DNA of 35,574 nt from a virus, in IMG/VR virus record IMGVR_UViG_3300045912_000157, positions 1 to 35,574 of that record. One strand, written 5' to 3'. Numbering within the stretch: the first letter of the stretch is position 1; each line of letters opens with the position of its first letter. Positions 22,577 to 31,595 of this stretch are shown piece by piece. The notes beneath the pieces are model-generated. The model made no database searches. It saw only the letters and a program-made list of their open reading frames with translations, and was not told where the DNA came from. A program made the translations under genes and the position numbers.

Positions 22577-23359
22577 CTAGTAACTATATTGAACTTGAAC
22601 AACATCGCCAGCCACAAGAGGCGAGTTTCCGCCAGGCAACAAGTCATTCACAAAATCAATGCGAGTCTTGCCGCCTTGACCGCCAGTGTAGTTGACAGTG
22701 TAGTCATAAGAAGCACCCTCAAAAAGAACTGGAGCACCTCTGACCATGAAATTCACGCTTCCAACCTGCGCAACTTCTGCCAAATCAATGTATTGGTTTG
22801 TGATATCTTGAGCCGTTAGCACAAAAGTCTGCTTAGCCATTGCTGTGATAGTGATTCCAGAAGGAGACTTCTCCCAAACTGTGCCGTTGTAAATCACCAA
22901 ATCTCCAGCCAAGAAACTGATTGATCCAGATCCTAAATCCTGAGTCCCTGCGGCTGAAACTCTGTATAGATCCCCAGCGTTTCCGGTTCCGTCTGCGAGA
23001 GTCGGAGTGTTCGCGGCGGCGTTCCAGCTTCCTTTGTATTCCATGGCCGAGTTTGGCAACTGAGACGCTGGAATTTTTCCGTTTGAATCAAGAGACGCCA
23101 CGCCGTCTGCTACGCCTATTTCGGATGAGTCAATTTTGCTGTTCAGTTGCGTTTGAATTGGGCTTGTAACTCCAGCCAAACGCTGAAAGGTGGCATTGTC
23201 GACAGAACCGTCAGCTATTTTGTTGGCGTCAACTCCGCCGAATACTTTCGAATTCGTGACCGCCCCGTCCGCAATCTTAATTTCTGAAACCGCTCCGTCG
23301 GCAATCTTCGGATTCACTACTGAATCATTTTGAAGAAATTTACTTATAATTTGCGCCAT
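22577..23359 (-). CDS. Tail fibre protein
   Basis: 260 aa. N-terminal KIADGAV-type repeats (KIADGAVSEIKIADGAVTNSKV..ANKIADGSV), GVASLDSNGKIPASQLP, and YKGSWNAAANTPTLADGTGNAGDLYRVSAAG...GDLVIYNGTVWEK, all common fibre motifs. Confidence 0.75.
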   Translation of the reverse strand: MAQIISKFLQNDSVVNPKIADGAVSEIKIADGAVTNSKVFGGVDANKIADGSVDNATFQRLAGVTSPIQTQLNSKIDSSEIGVADGVASLDSNGKIPASQLPNSAMEYKGSWNAAANTPTLADGTGNAGDLYRVSAAGTQDLGSGSISFLAGDLVIYNGTVWEKSPSGITITAMAKQTFVLTAQDITNQYIDLAEVAQVGSVNFMVRGAPVLFEGASYDYTVNYTGGQGGKTRIDFVNDLLPGGNSPLVAGDVVQVQYSY

Positions 23360-23384
23360 GCGTTTCCCTCCTCAGAGAAATTGG

Positions 23385-25055
23385 TTAGTAGACATAACTG
23401 ATTCTGAGTTTGTCTCCAACCGCAAGCAACCCATCAAATCCTAAACCGGTCCAAGATATTGTTGAACCGCTCGCGTTGAAATCATCCCCATAAAAACCAA
23501 TCGTGCCTCCTGCTACATCGACACAAATTTCTGTCGGAGCAACTGGACTATGGGCCAATGTTAGAGATTTCGCTGCAATTTCTCCAGCCGTCAAAGTCCT
23601 GTATTCTACTTTGAAAACGCCTGTAGGAATTGGAGGCGGAGCCAGAACCCCACCAGTCAAATAAAAAACATCGACAGTTTGTCCCAAAACGGGAGGAGTT
23701 GTAAGCACCACATTGAGTCCAACCAAAGAAAATTCATTCGGTCTTAGCGCAACTCCGTCGACATAAACAATCACAGATTCATTGGTCGCTGGAGCAAAAG
23801 ACAAAGGTCCAAAAGTTGTATTTGATCCATTGATCGCGCCCGCCGGAGTTTCATAATGTCCAACAGTCGTTTCCCCGCTGCCTCCACCGCCAGCAATGAC
23901 TTGCCAACGATTTAAAGCATTGTCTCGGCGAACCATCATGGCCGCTTGATCGTCTAACTCAAAATCCTCCCCGCCAGGAATAATAAATCCCAACGCTCCT
24001 GCGTCGTGAATAACATTCACAGGCCCGCCAGTTTTGTTCACAATAATCTGAATCTTGTCAGAATCAGACCCCGCAGCCTGTATTCCCACGAGATCAACAA
24101 TGTTTGATCCCGTAAACTCATATACCAACGCATCGACAGCCAACAGAGTTGCGCTGGCTACATCCGTCGTCGTGTCCACGAATGTCTGTCCCTGAAATTT
24201 GCCCAGCGTTCGCAAACCGTTTTCAAATGTTTTAAAGCCTGCAAATGATTGAGCAATAGTGTTCACCAATCCTCGAATTGATGTCGTTGCGTCGGGAACG
24301 TCAGCCGACACATTCAAAGATCCAAAATCCGGAGACGCAGGAATAGTCGGTCTGTTTTGTTGATCGAAAACTTCCAAATAAAAAGCATCAAAATCCTGTG
24401 TTGTATCGAAAGTGTGAGCGTTTTCCGTGCCATCGAAAGTGAAAAAAAACAAAGTCCAAACGCCCGCAGATTCGGTCAATCGCCCGTAGATCCGCAAGCC
24501 CTGATCGTTTTCTAAAGGAGTTCCGTTGTCTGGATTAAAAAGTTGAACTCGGTTTGAAGGAGGGTCTGTTATGACGCCGACTGTGGTTGTGTCTCCGCCA
24601 GGACTTTTTCCCGCAAAACTTGTTGAAACATCCATTGAGCTTGCTGCTGGCGCCGTCTCCGAAAAACCTTGCCAAACGGCTGAAAATCGGTTGAATTCCG
24701 TCAAATTTGCTGCGCTGATGGGAGGACCCTGCCCGTCAACTCCCGAGTGATTGTGACCAGATACTCCATCAAACAACGCAACCAAAGCCTGTACGCGCTC
24801 GCGCACAGAGTCGTTCGGCGCTCCAACAATGTCAGACGCCCAAGTGATTAAATAATTGAACACCTGATTGGTTGGAATTCCTAACGCCGAAGCCAAGGCA
24901 TTGATATTTTTTTGCACGTTTATGACATTTGCGCCCGATTCCGCTAAAGCGTTTTCTAAGTCAACGCGTCCAAGCGTATTCGTGTCTGTGGTGCGCGACA
25001 TAAGACGCGAGTTAAACGTGGTTTGGTTGGCGAGCTGTCCGTTTTGTACTGCCAT
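23385..25055 (-). CDS. Tail fibre / receptor-binding protein
   Basis: 556 aa. The N-terminal region has the fibre-type GHNHSGVDGQGPPISAANL motif. Two C-terminal beta-sandwich modules (about 23655-23864 and 23388-23618). Confidence 0.68.
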   Translation of the reverse strand: MAVQNGQLANQTTFNSRLMSRTTDTNTLGRVDLENALAESGANVINVQKNINALASALGIPTNQVFNYLITWASDIVGAPNDSVRERVQALVALFDGVSGHNHSGVDGQGPPISAANLTEFNRFSAVWQGFSETAPAASSMDVSTSFAGKSPGGDTTTVGVITDPPSNRVQLFNPDNGTPLENDQGLRIYGRLTESAGVWTLFFFTFDGTENAHTFDTTQDFDAFYLEVFDQQNRPTIPASPDFGSLNVSADVPDATTSIRGLVNTIAQSFAGFKTFENGLRTLGKFQGQTFVDTTTDVASATLLAVDALVYEFTGSNIVDLVGIQAAGSDSDKIQIIVNKTGGPVNVIHDAGALGFIIPGGEDFELDDQAAMMVRRDNALNRWQVIAGGGGSGETTVGHYETPAGAINGSNTTFGPLSFAPATNESVIVYVDGVALRPNEFSLVGLNVVLTTPPVLGQTVDVFYLTGGVLAPPPIPTGVFKVEYRTLTAGEIAAKSLTLAHSPVAPTEICVDVAGGTIGFYGDDFNASGSTISWTGLGFDGLLAVGDKLRISYVY

Positions 25056-25834
25056 TATTCAATCACCTTTCTGAAAGTCAAAAGGCCTGTTTCGTAGAAA
25101 TCATTTGCGCCCTTCATGTTTTGAATTTTATATCGAACTCCGTTCCTATCAACAGATGTTGAATCCAACAAAAGCTCAAAGTAATTCTCACGATCATCAA
25201 CGTCAGGCATGAACTCAATTTTTGCCTTCGTGACTATGTAGTTCATAAAATTTCTGAGGTCTTGACGACCTGTTGGGTTCTCAAAAAAAGGAGTCATTTT
25301 TAAATTTGTGCGGTCTGTAGCTCCGCGAATGACACACTCCATTCGTTGTCCGTCACCAAATTCCAAAGTCTGAACGACGCCGTTGGCCGAGACATTCACG
25401 CTAGCGGACTCTTTCACAAGGTTGTCCTCTAAAGCTAAATAATTATCAAAAGTAAGTTGTGGACGATATTCGAAGCCCGCGGCCGAATCTCCGGCGTACG
25501 AATTTCCCCCAGTTTTGTCGGTCAACGTACTGAATCCAGCCAAGTCCCAAATTGCAACGGCTTGTTGGCTTCCCGTCGCACAAAGCAACTCAAAATTGTT
25601 TGGCGCACTGATTGTCAGAACGCGAGTTTGCCTGTTCACAGCAACCGTGTATTGTTGAGTTCCGGCCAAAGTCATTCGTTCTTCTATTTCTTTGGCAAAA
25701 CCAGTCAAAGTGTAGTCGTTTATTCTTAAAAAAGCTGTTTTCTCGGGACCGCCTTCAGAAAAGTTGATCGCATAGTTTTCGCGAGTGATGTTGAATCCGT
25801 AGTAAAAAACTGACAGCGTGTTTATGCGGCTCAT
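25055..25834 (-). CDS. Distal tail protein candidate (by position)
   Basis: 259 aa, immediately downstream of the tape measure and overlapping it (ATGA-type junction). No motif recognised, so the call rests on synteny alone. Confidence 0.4.
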   Translation of the reverse strand: MSRINTLSVFYYGFNITRENYAINFSEGGPEKTAFLRINDYTLTGFAKEIEERMTLAGTQQYTVAVNRQTRVLTISAPNNFELLCATGSQQAVAIWDLAGFSTLTDKTGGNSYAGDSAAGFEYRPQLTFDNYLALEDNLVKESASVNVSANGVVQTLEFGDGQRMECVIRGATDRTNLKMTPFFENPTGRQDLRNFMNYIVTKAKIEFMPDVDDRENYFELLLDSTSVDRNGVRYKIQNMKGANDFYETGLLTFRKVIE

Positions 25835-27909
25835 GCGTTCCTCAATCTTAATCCCATACCGCGATCGAAAGCCTCATTGATTGCATCAATAATTTCTGCA
25901 CCCGCTTCGGCTTTGTTTGACCAAACAGGCCCGCTAAAATTTAAGTGAAAAGTGATCTGCTGCTGCGGTTGTTGTTGTTGTGTTTTCAGAAATTCGGTCA
26001 AATCTTCGTTTGTTTTCGCCGGAACTACGCGCTCCCCAGGAGCCAAAACGGCAGGAAAATTGTCTTGTGTGCCAACTCCTGGAACCGAATCCATACCTCT
26101 TTGCAAACCTATGCCAGCAATTTTGCTCACGTTTGCGAAAGCCTGCGCTCCAATTCCGGCGGCGGCGGCAATGTTTGCGGGATAAGGCACTCGAGCCAAA
26201 GCGTTTTGAATCGCCAAGTATGCGTCTATTGTGGCTTGTGTTATTGCTCCGGCTTTGCCTATAGCCGCCAGTTCTTTGGTTTTGGCGTTCTGCAAAGACG
26301 CCAATCCGCCAAAAAACGTAGAATATCCCTGAAGTCGTGCTTTATTTATGGCTTCTTCTTGTTTCGCAAGATCGCTTTGAAGTTTCATTCTCGCAAGAGC
26401 TTGTTCTTGATCCAATTGCTGACGCGCCAAAGCCAGTTCTGCGGCATCTAAATTTGATTTTTCTAACATTGCGCGCTGCTGTTCGAAAAAGTCTAGCTGC
26501 GATTGCAGTTTTGCCGACTTGTATGTCTCGAAATTAATCAAGTCGTTTTCGTAGGCGAGTTGAAGAGCTTCTTGCTGCATTTTATAGCCGTCAGTGACTG
26601 AAACGGCTTGATCGAAAAGCTGTTTTGCAAACGCTTCGGCTTGCGCGGCTCTTGCTTGTTCAGCCGCCGACAAAGCCTTTACGGCCGAAGTTTGATTTTC
26701 AATCGATGCTGTAGTCTCAACGGTTGCGCCTTGAATGCCGTACATTGCGCCTTGAGCAGTTCCAAGCAAATCCGTAAACATATCGCTCAGATTGCCGAGC
26801 ATTGACGGACCAGAAACGGCTTTGTTCAAGTCTTCCCATTGATTTTTTGTGTGCTCAAAGACGTTTGAGTTATCAAGAGATCCGTCAAGAACGTCGACGA
26901 CAAATCTTAAAGAATCGGCCAAAGCGTTTATCGGCAGAAGCAAAGTTCTAAGCCCCGCTTCCATTACTCGCACAAACGTGTCAGCAGCTTCTGTGGCTAA
27001 CACCAATCCTTTCAGCGTCATTATAATTCCCGACCCAAGAGAATCGCGCATTGAGTTTCCGGCTTTGGTTGCGTTTGTTGTCAGATCAAATAAAATTTTT
27101 GACAAATCTTTCACCACGGCTATGACGACATTGTTTTTGACAACTACGTCGCCGAGTGATTGAAACAGATTGCCGAAATTTGTTCTCAGAGATTTAATAG
27201 CTCCAGCGAATGTGTTCATAGCTCCGGCCGAAGCTCCTCCGAATCTTTCATTCAGAGCGTTTGTCACTATTTCTAGGTTTTTCGTCTTGTCTTTCGTAAG
27301 ATCAAGCTGAATTCCCATTCTTTGCAGACCAGCTCCGTTGCCGTTTATGGCTTTTGCGATTGCGTCGTTTGCGGTACTTAAATCCTTGCCCAAAGCTGCC
27401 GACAAATCCAAAGCCGAACTTTGAGCGCGCTTCAAACCATCAGCATCCAAACGCGTGAGCGAAGACAACATCGCCAAATTGCCAGCAATTACGGCATCAT
27501 CCACGCCCGAAAGCTGCTCCATGGTTGCGATATAATCTTCAAGATCTTTTTTTGCTTCGAGAGAAAAATTGCCCGACAACGCCAAAGAATTTGAGAGTCG
27601 GACCATGGCTTGTTCAAACTCTTGAGCTTCAGTAATGCCGCTCGAAAAATTGCCGACAAACGCTCTGATTGCTGATCCGGCAATCTCTGCGCCTTTGAGA
27701 ACAACGCCCGCCAAAGTCGCTCCGGCAAACACGTTCATGATGTTATCGAATCTGCCGACGTTTTTTGTTCCATCTTTGGAAAAATTCTCGACGGCTTTGT
27801 TCATGCCGTCCATTGCGGCTCGGGTTGTTTTTTCGGATTGTTCGAGGGTTTTTAAAAGTGTGGCGTTTTGCGCTTCGATTTTTATGACTAATTCTTCAAG
27901 TGTTGCCAT
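25831..27909 (-). CDS. Tail tape measure protein
   Basis: About 692 aa from ATG 27909. Long Ala/Leu/Gln-rich helical sequence. Follows the frameshifted chaperone pair. The C-terminal GMDSVPGVGTQDNFPAVLAPGERVVP is TMP-like. Confidence 0.85.
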   Translation of the reverse strand: MATLEELVIKIEAQNATLLKTLEQSEKTTRAAMDGMNKAVENFSKDGTKNVGRFDNIMNVFAGATLAGVVLKGAEIAGSAIRAFVGNFSSGITEAQEFEQAMVRLSNSLALSGNFSLEAKKDLEDYIATMEQLSGVDDAVIAGNLAMLSSLTRLDADGLKRAQSSALDLSAALGKDLSTANDAIAKAINGNGAGLQRMGIQLDLTKDKTKNLEIVTNALNERFGGASAGAMNTFAGAIKSLRTNFGNLFQSLGDVVVKNNVVIAVVKDLSKILFDLTTNATKAGNSMRDSLGSGIIMTLKGLVLATEAADTFVRVMEAGLRTLLLPINALADSLRFVVDVLDGSLDNSNVFEHTKNQWEDLNKAVSGPSMLGNLSDMFTDLLGTAQGAMYGIQGATVETTASIENQTSAVKALSAAEQARAAQAEAFAKQLFDQAVSVTDGYKMQQEALQLAYENDLINFETYKSAKLQSQLDFFEQQRAMLEKSNLDAAELALARQQLDQEQALARMKLQSDLAKQEEAINKARLQGYSTFFGGLASLQNAKTKELAAIGKAGAITQATIDAYLAIQNALARVPYPANIAAAAGIGAQAFANVSKIAGIGLQRGMDSVPGVGTQDNFPAVLAPGERVVPAKTNEDLTEFLKTQQQQPQQQITFHLNFSGPVWSNKAEAGAEIIDAINEAFDRGMGLRLRNA

Positions 27910-28078
27910 TCGCCCACATCTCCTCAAGAAGAACCGCGTCAGTCACAGACATTGGTTTATCTTTGCCGACGGCGTAATTATAAATCGCGTACCACTCGGC
28001 AAAAGTTAGCTGCCAAAAATCAGACGGACTCAGGTTTAGTTTAGTGACTGCCATTCCCAGAAGCAAGTGCCACGGCAT
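27896..28078 (-). CDS. Tail assembly chaperone, -1 frame extension (T-like part of a G/GT pair)
   Basis: LNLSPSDFWQLTFAEW resembles the GTA/rcc01693-type chaperone motif. The -1 frame is open from the slippery run at 28116-28124 through this ORF (KLEARRKDPGPEPMPWH...). Confidence 0.68.
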   Translation of the reverse strand: MPWHLLLGMAVTKLNLSPSDFWQLTFAEWYAIYNYAVGKDKPMSVTDAVLLEEMWANGNT

Positions 28079-28110
28079 AGGTTCAGGCCCAGGATCTTTT
28101 CGTCTAGCTT

Positions 28111-28452
28111 CTAGCTTTTTTTTTGACTTTCTGTAAGTTCAGGCTGCGACATATCTCCGGCTGTGATCTGACCAATGAACTCCAGCAAAGGTCCTGCAAC
28201 GGCCATGCCCTCTTTCATAACAAGCTCCCAAATTTTTTCGAGAGAATGTTCTTTTTTGGCCTGACAGTGATAAATCACCTTGGTCAAGTCCGTGATTGCT
28301 GGCAGTTGTTTTTTGGACAAATTGAAAGCCAACATCGGAAGACCGTAGCCAAGACTGCCTTCCAAATTTGCGCAGTTTTCAAACGTCGGACGGAGCAGAA
28401 TCTCTACCCCGCCCACCTTAACTAATTTTTCATTCTTCAAAGGATTGCTCAT
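28111..28452 (-). CDS. Tail assembly chaperone (G-like; GTA-type TAC)
   Basis: 113 aa from ATG 28452 (alternative TTG 28464). Lies between the tail tube and tape measure genes and ends 2 nt past the poly-A slippery run. Confidence 0.68.
   Translation of the reverse strand: MSNPLKNEKLVKVGGVEILLRPTFENCANLEGSLGYGLPMLAFNLSKKQLPAITDLTKVIYHCQAKKEHSLEKIWELVMKEGMAVAGPLLEFIGQITAGDMSQPELTESQKKS
28116..28124 (-). promoter_or_regulatory. Programmed -1 ribosomal frameshift slippery run (A AAA AAA within nine A)
   Basis: The minus strand reads GAA AGU CAA AAA AAA AGC UAG. Slipping -1 on A_AAA_AAA gives AAG CUA GAA GCU AGA CGA AAA GAU CCU GGG CCU GAA CCU AUG..., in frame with ORF 27896..28078. Confidence 0.65.
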
Positions 28453-28456
28453 GCCT

Positions 28457-29116
28457 TTATGCAAACGTATAAACGGTCACAGGTCCAGAACTTTCGGCAC
28501 TTACTGAATAAGTACCTTCTGCGTCATAATCACCAGACACTGAAAGCTCCGTGATCTTGAAGCAACCTTCGTAAACTCGGCCAGATTTTGCGTCAACCAA
28601 CGCCAAGCACGTTAAACGATTGGCAACAAAATCAGCAAAGAATTCTTGGAACACAAGCTCATTGGTCCAAACTCCAGAACCCGACATAGAAGCGGAACGA
28701 ATCCCAGCTCCATCGAGCATTGAAGACCACTCGTCAGAATCGACGTTCGTGATGTCGACAGCTTCAGAGCTCAATCCGAATTCTTTAGAACGCAAGCCTC
28801 CAAGATTTCTGAAAACCAAAGCCTTCAAAACAGAAGAAGTCGCGTCCATAACGATTGCCGAACCTTGCAAAGTCGCTTTTATCGTAATGGTGTTGGCGTC
28901 GATAACCTCTCGAACGATATAAAAATCGTCCGTATTAATCACAGTGTTTGTTCCGACATCAGAAAACAAGATAATGTCCCCGACTTTCGCGCCGTGACCC
29001 GTGATTTCGATATTCGCGCTCGCGTTGGTTGTTTCGATGGCTGTGAATTCTTTGCATTTTTTGAGCAATAAATCCTTCCCACCAACTTCATTCTGTGCAG
29101 TATTGCAATTTGCCAT
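28457..29116 (-). CDS. Major tail (tube) protein
   Basis: 219 aa, in the canonical position. The C-terminal half (GGLRSKEFGLSSEAVDITNVDSDEWSSMLDGAGIRSASMSGSGVW) resembles TP901-1/phi13-type tube proteins. An extra N-terminal segment of about 90 aa is present. Confidence 0.72.
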   Translation of the reverse strand: MANCNTAQNEVGGKDLLLKKCKEFTAIETTNASANIEITGHGAKVGDIILFSDVGTNTVINTDDFYIVREVIDANTITIKATLQGSAIVMDATSSVLKALVFRNLGGLRSKEFGLSSEAVDITNVDSDEWSSMLDGAGIRSASMSGSGVWTNELVFQEFFADFVANRLTCLALVDAKSGRVYEGCFKITELSVSGDYDAEGTYSVSAESSGPVTVYTFA

Positions 29117-29118
29117 TT

Positions 29119-29532
29119 TTAAGCCTCCCCTATCATAAGGTTAAATCTTTGAATTCCGTGCATTGTAACGTTGTCGGCATCGACGATGACTTCAACGAAA
29201 ATCTGTCTGAAGTTGATGATGTTCCACCCGTCAATACAGATGTTAACTGTATGAAGGAGACGATCAATCTCCGCCTGTATTTCCTGGACTTTCTTACGGC
29301 CTCGGTTGTCCGACTGATCCCAAACGTGAATCGTCAGTTCTGCCTCGAAGCCTCTGTGAGTGTGACTTGAACGGTCTGTGAATGTTGCGTCCCCAATGGT
29401 CACATACGGGAAAGCCTCATCCTGAGGAACATAGGCCGAATCATACACGCCCGTCACTAAGCCCATCAGAACGGGATCACTCGTCAGCTCAGTCCATAGA
29501 GTTTTCTGAAGTTCTTGAGGAGCCCAGGTCAT
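29119..29532 (-). CDS. Tail completion / DUF3168-like protein
   Basis: 137 aa from ATG 29532 (ATGA overlap). LTSDPVLMGLVTGVYDSAYVPQDEAFPYVTIGDATFTD......GFEAELTIHVWD matches the DUF3168 pattern. Confidence 0.68.
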   Translation of the reverse strand: MTWAPQELQKTLWTELTSDPVLMGLVTGVYDSAYVPQDEAFPYVTIGDATFTDRSSHTHRGFEAELTIHVWDQSDNRGRKKVQEIQAEIDRLLHTVNICIDGWNIINFRQIFVEVIVDADNVTMHGIQRFNLMIGEA

Positions 29533-29972
29533 GAAATAAGCCTTTTTATGAGGTTTTGATAAGCCGTGCGGCTGATTTCTTTTAATTTTTTTGAAGTCAA
29601 TTTCACGGCGACCGACAACCAAGGACGAGCGTCCATTTGTCGCGTTCCGAACTCAAGCCAAGCTCCGTATTTCAGATTCGTGCCGACAAGAAACGAATTT
29701 CCTTCGCCTTTTTCAACTTTGATTGACTGAACCAAGCGACCAGTGTCGGTATTGGGCGGGCTTCCAGGCGGAGCCGCATTGACAATTCGCTTCGGGTTGT
29801 ATCTTTGTCGGCGAGGCCCGTCTTTGTTTTCGTTCAATAATTTGATTGCGCCGTTTCTGATCTCCAAAGCAATTAAAGCATTCGTTTGACGGTCGAGCTC
29901 GTCGAGGTTCTTTCGAATATCAACGAATTTTTTCAGGCCGTTTTTAGAAAAAACAGATGCCGAAAACTTCAC
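29529..29972 (-). CDS. HK97 gp10-family tail-component protein
   Basis: DTGRLVQSIKVEK...NLKYGAWLEFGTRQMDARPWL is the gp10-family signature (GxLRxSI...YAxxVEFGT...PF). Confidence 0.8.
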   Translation of the reverse strand: MKFSASVFSKNGLKKFVDIRKNLDELDRQTNALIALEIRNGAIKLLNENKDGPRRQRYNPKRIVNAAPPGSPPNTDTGRLVQSIKVEKGEGNSFLVGTNLKYGAWLEFGTRQMDARPWLSVAVKLTSKKLKEISRTAYQNLIKRLIS

Positions 29973-30307
29973 GACGCCACTCCTTCACGCGCTCGAATCA
30001 AAATCCACCACTCACGCTCGTCTACATATTGTACCGAATGAATGTGAAATAATCTGTCATCATATCGGATTCTGTCTGCTGCTTTTTGAGGCAAATGATC
30101 CAAAGTATTTCTGATTATGATCTCGTGATCGTAAACGTCTTCCAATTTTTGAGCAAAAACACGCTGTGCGCCAGACTTTGGCGTGATCTTGGCCCAACAT
30201 TCTTGTACCAAATTCCATTCCAATGTCGCGCCGCCCTGACCGTCAGGCGTTTGCTGCAGTCTTTCGAGGGCAATTCTATGTCGAAGTTCCGCAATTTTAA
30301 TATCCAT
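29969..30307 (-). CDS. Head-closure / head-tail adaptor (SPP1 gp16-like)
   Basis: 112 aa from ATG 30307. LRHRIALERLQQTPDGQGGATLEWNLVQECWAKITPKSGAQRVFAQ...HEIIIRN...RIRYDDRLFHIHSV matches the adaptor family pattern. Confidence 0.78.
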   Translation of the reverse strand: MDIKIAELRHRIALERLQQTPDGQGGATLEWNLVQECWAKITPKSGAQRVFAQKLEDVYDHEIIIRNTLDHLPQKAADRIRYDDRLFHIHSVQYVDEREWWILIRAREGVAS

Positions 30308-30947
30308 TGAACCCCAGACGAGTGCGTTTGTACGGTTGGCAAAGCAACGCAACAGCCGACGGAATCGCAACCTGCTTTTCGTCTCCCCTGTGCTCATATA
30401 AATGCGCGACAAGCTCTAAGACGGCCTGTTTCAAACTGCTCGGCAAATCTGACGCCGTGCTGGCAATTCCGCAGATCATTTTGATTTCTATGCCATTTAA
30501 TTTTCTTAAAATGGTTGTCGGCCAAACACCGCCCAAAGGCAGAGCAATTCGGCCAAAAGTCCCAGAATTATCGAAAATGTAATTGCTGCTGGGAAACAAT
30601 TGTGCAACGCCGTCGTCGGCGTATGTGTTGAATTCAGTAATGGATTGAACTGGACCTATCAGAAGCTCAATTTCTCCGGTTCCGGCGTAAAGTTCCGAAA
30701 TAGGCAGCTCGCGAACTCCGTCCCACCAAATATTGCGCGCGCGCGTAGGCCATGCGTCCAGGTACTGCGCCCAAGTTTGAGAAATAAATTTCTGGTCGCA
30801 GAATTCCTCAAGCCTTTGCGTTGCTGCCTTTATCATTGTGTCGATTCGTCCGTCCTCGAGGTTTCCGTCCACTCGCAGATAATCTTTTGCTTCTGCGACT
30901 GTCACGGGAGTCTCGGCGGGCGGCACCAACAACTTTGTTGTCGCCAT
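30297..30947 (-). CDS. Head-tail connector (gp6-like)
   Basis: 216 aa from ATG 30947 (GGAGGAGCCAAAGG ATG). VTVAEAKDYLRVDGNLEDGRIDTMIKAATQRLEEF is the gp6-like connector N-terminal signature. Confidence 0.8.
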   Translation of the reverse strand: MATTKLLVPPAETPVTVAEAKDYLRVDGNLEDGRIDTMIKAATQRLEEFCDQKFISQTWAQYLDAWPTRARNIWWDGVRELPISELYAGTGEIELLIGPVQSITEFNTYADDGVAQLFPSSNYIFDNSGTFGRIALPLGGVWPTTILRKLNGIEIKMICGIASTASDLPSSLKQAVLELVAHLYEHRGDEKQVAIPSAVALLCQPYKRTRLGFNGY

Positions 30948-31107
30948 CCTTTGGCTCCTCCATAGGAACTGCCAATCCAAAATTTATGAACCTTTGCGCT
31001 TCTTGCGCCTCAAGTTCATAGCCCAGTCCAGCTCGCAAGATTTCATTGCGGCCATCAGCAAATCGGACCGGCATATTGGTCAGCATATAAATCCATTTAG
31101 TCATCAT
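30808..31107 (-). CDS. Questionable small ORF upstream of the connector gene
   Basis: Good SD (AGGTGA) and a plausible first ~55 aa. The last ~45 aa overlap the connector gene out of frame and are Arg/Ser-rich (RRDSRDSRRSKRLSASGRKPRGR), typical of an off-frame reading. Confidence 0.3.
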   Translation of the reverse strand: MMTKWIYMLTNMPVRFADGRNEILRAGLGYELEAQEAQRFINFGLAVPMEEPKDGDNKVVGAARRDSRDSRRSKRLSASGRKPRGRTNRHNDKGSNAKA

Positions 31108-31115
31108 TCACCTAC

Positions 31116-31167
31116 AAAAAAGAGGCGGGTCTCATTTCACCACAAAGGCTATCCCCCAACCCGCCTC
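31116..31167 (-). terminator. Intrinsic terminator/attenuator downstream of the capsid genes
   Basis: The minus strand reads GAGGCGGGU - 28-nt loop - ACCCGCCUC (perfect 9-bp GC-rich stem) followed by UUUUUUGU. Confidence 0.5.
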
Positions 31168-31189
31168 GACCAGATCTAAAATAGATTGG

Positions 31190-31594
31190 TTACAAAGGAG
31201 GCATTTTTTCTGGATGTTGAGACACCGCAACGACGCAACAAGGAACAGAAACTGTTCCAGAAACGTCTAATTGCAGTCGCGCATATCGTTTTCCGCCTCG
31301 ATATTCAACCAAGTGCGATGACGATTGCTCCGCAGGAGTGTCTAGCTCTTTTGCCAAAGGAGCCACGCCTTCATACACCTCAGTGACGTCAACAAAAGTA
31401 ACGTTGTCGTCTGAGTGCTGCAATTTCAATCCGATTTTGTTCGTATTGCTGAACGCAAAAGCGCCGACAGATACGATAAAACCCAGAGAATTGATATCCT
31501 GGCAGTCAACTTCAACTGTGTTTACGTCAGCCGTAACAGTTTGAGGCGCCAAAACCATTTTGTGATATTGTCTAAGTTTTTGATTCTTCCACAT
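31190..31594 (-). CDS. Head-associated protein (possible decoration/cement protein)
   Basis: 134 aa from ATG 31594, which is 2 nt after the capsid stop with GGAG upstream. Beta-rich, with LKLQHSDDNVTF and EYRGGKRYARLQL motifs. The function call rests on position only. Confidence 0.45.
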   Translation of the reverse strand: MWKNQKLRQYHKMVLAPQTVTADVNTVEVDCQDINSLGFIVSVGAFAFSNTNKIGLKLQHSDDNVTFVDVTEVYEGVAPLAKELDTPAEQSSSHLVEYRGGKRYARLQLDVSGTVSVPCCVVAVSQHPEKMPPL

Positions 31595-31595
31595 A

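Noticed and set aside
22308-25055. Diversity-generating retroelement (template/variable repeat) explanation for the recurrent fibre module
   Set aside because: No reverse transcriptase exists anywhere in the genome. The copies share only a ~13-nt identical core and are diverged at all base types, not at adenines only.
30947-30990. Possible programmed frameshift joining ORF 30808..31107 to the connector gene (AAATTTT heptamer in ...ATA AAT TTT GGA...)
   Set aside because: The connector frame is +1, not -1, relative to the small ORF. A -1 slip at A_AAT_TTT runs into a stop (…CCG TGA) within ~25 codons. The connector also has its own strong SD and ATG at 30947.
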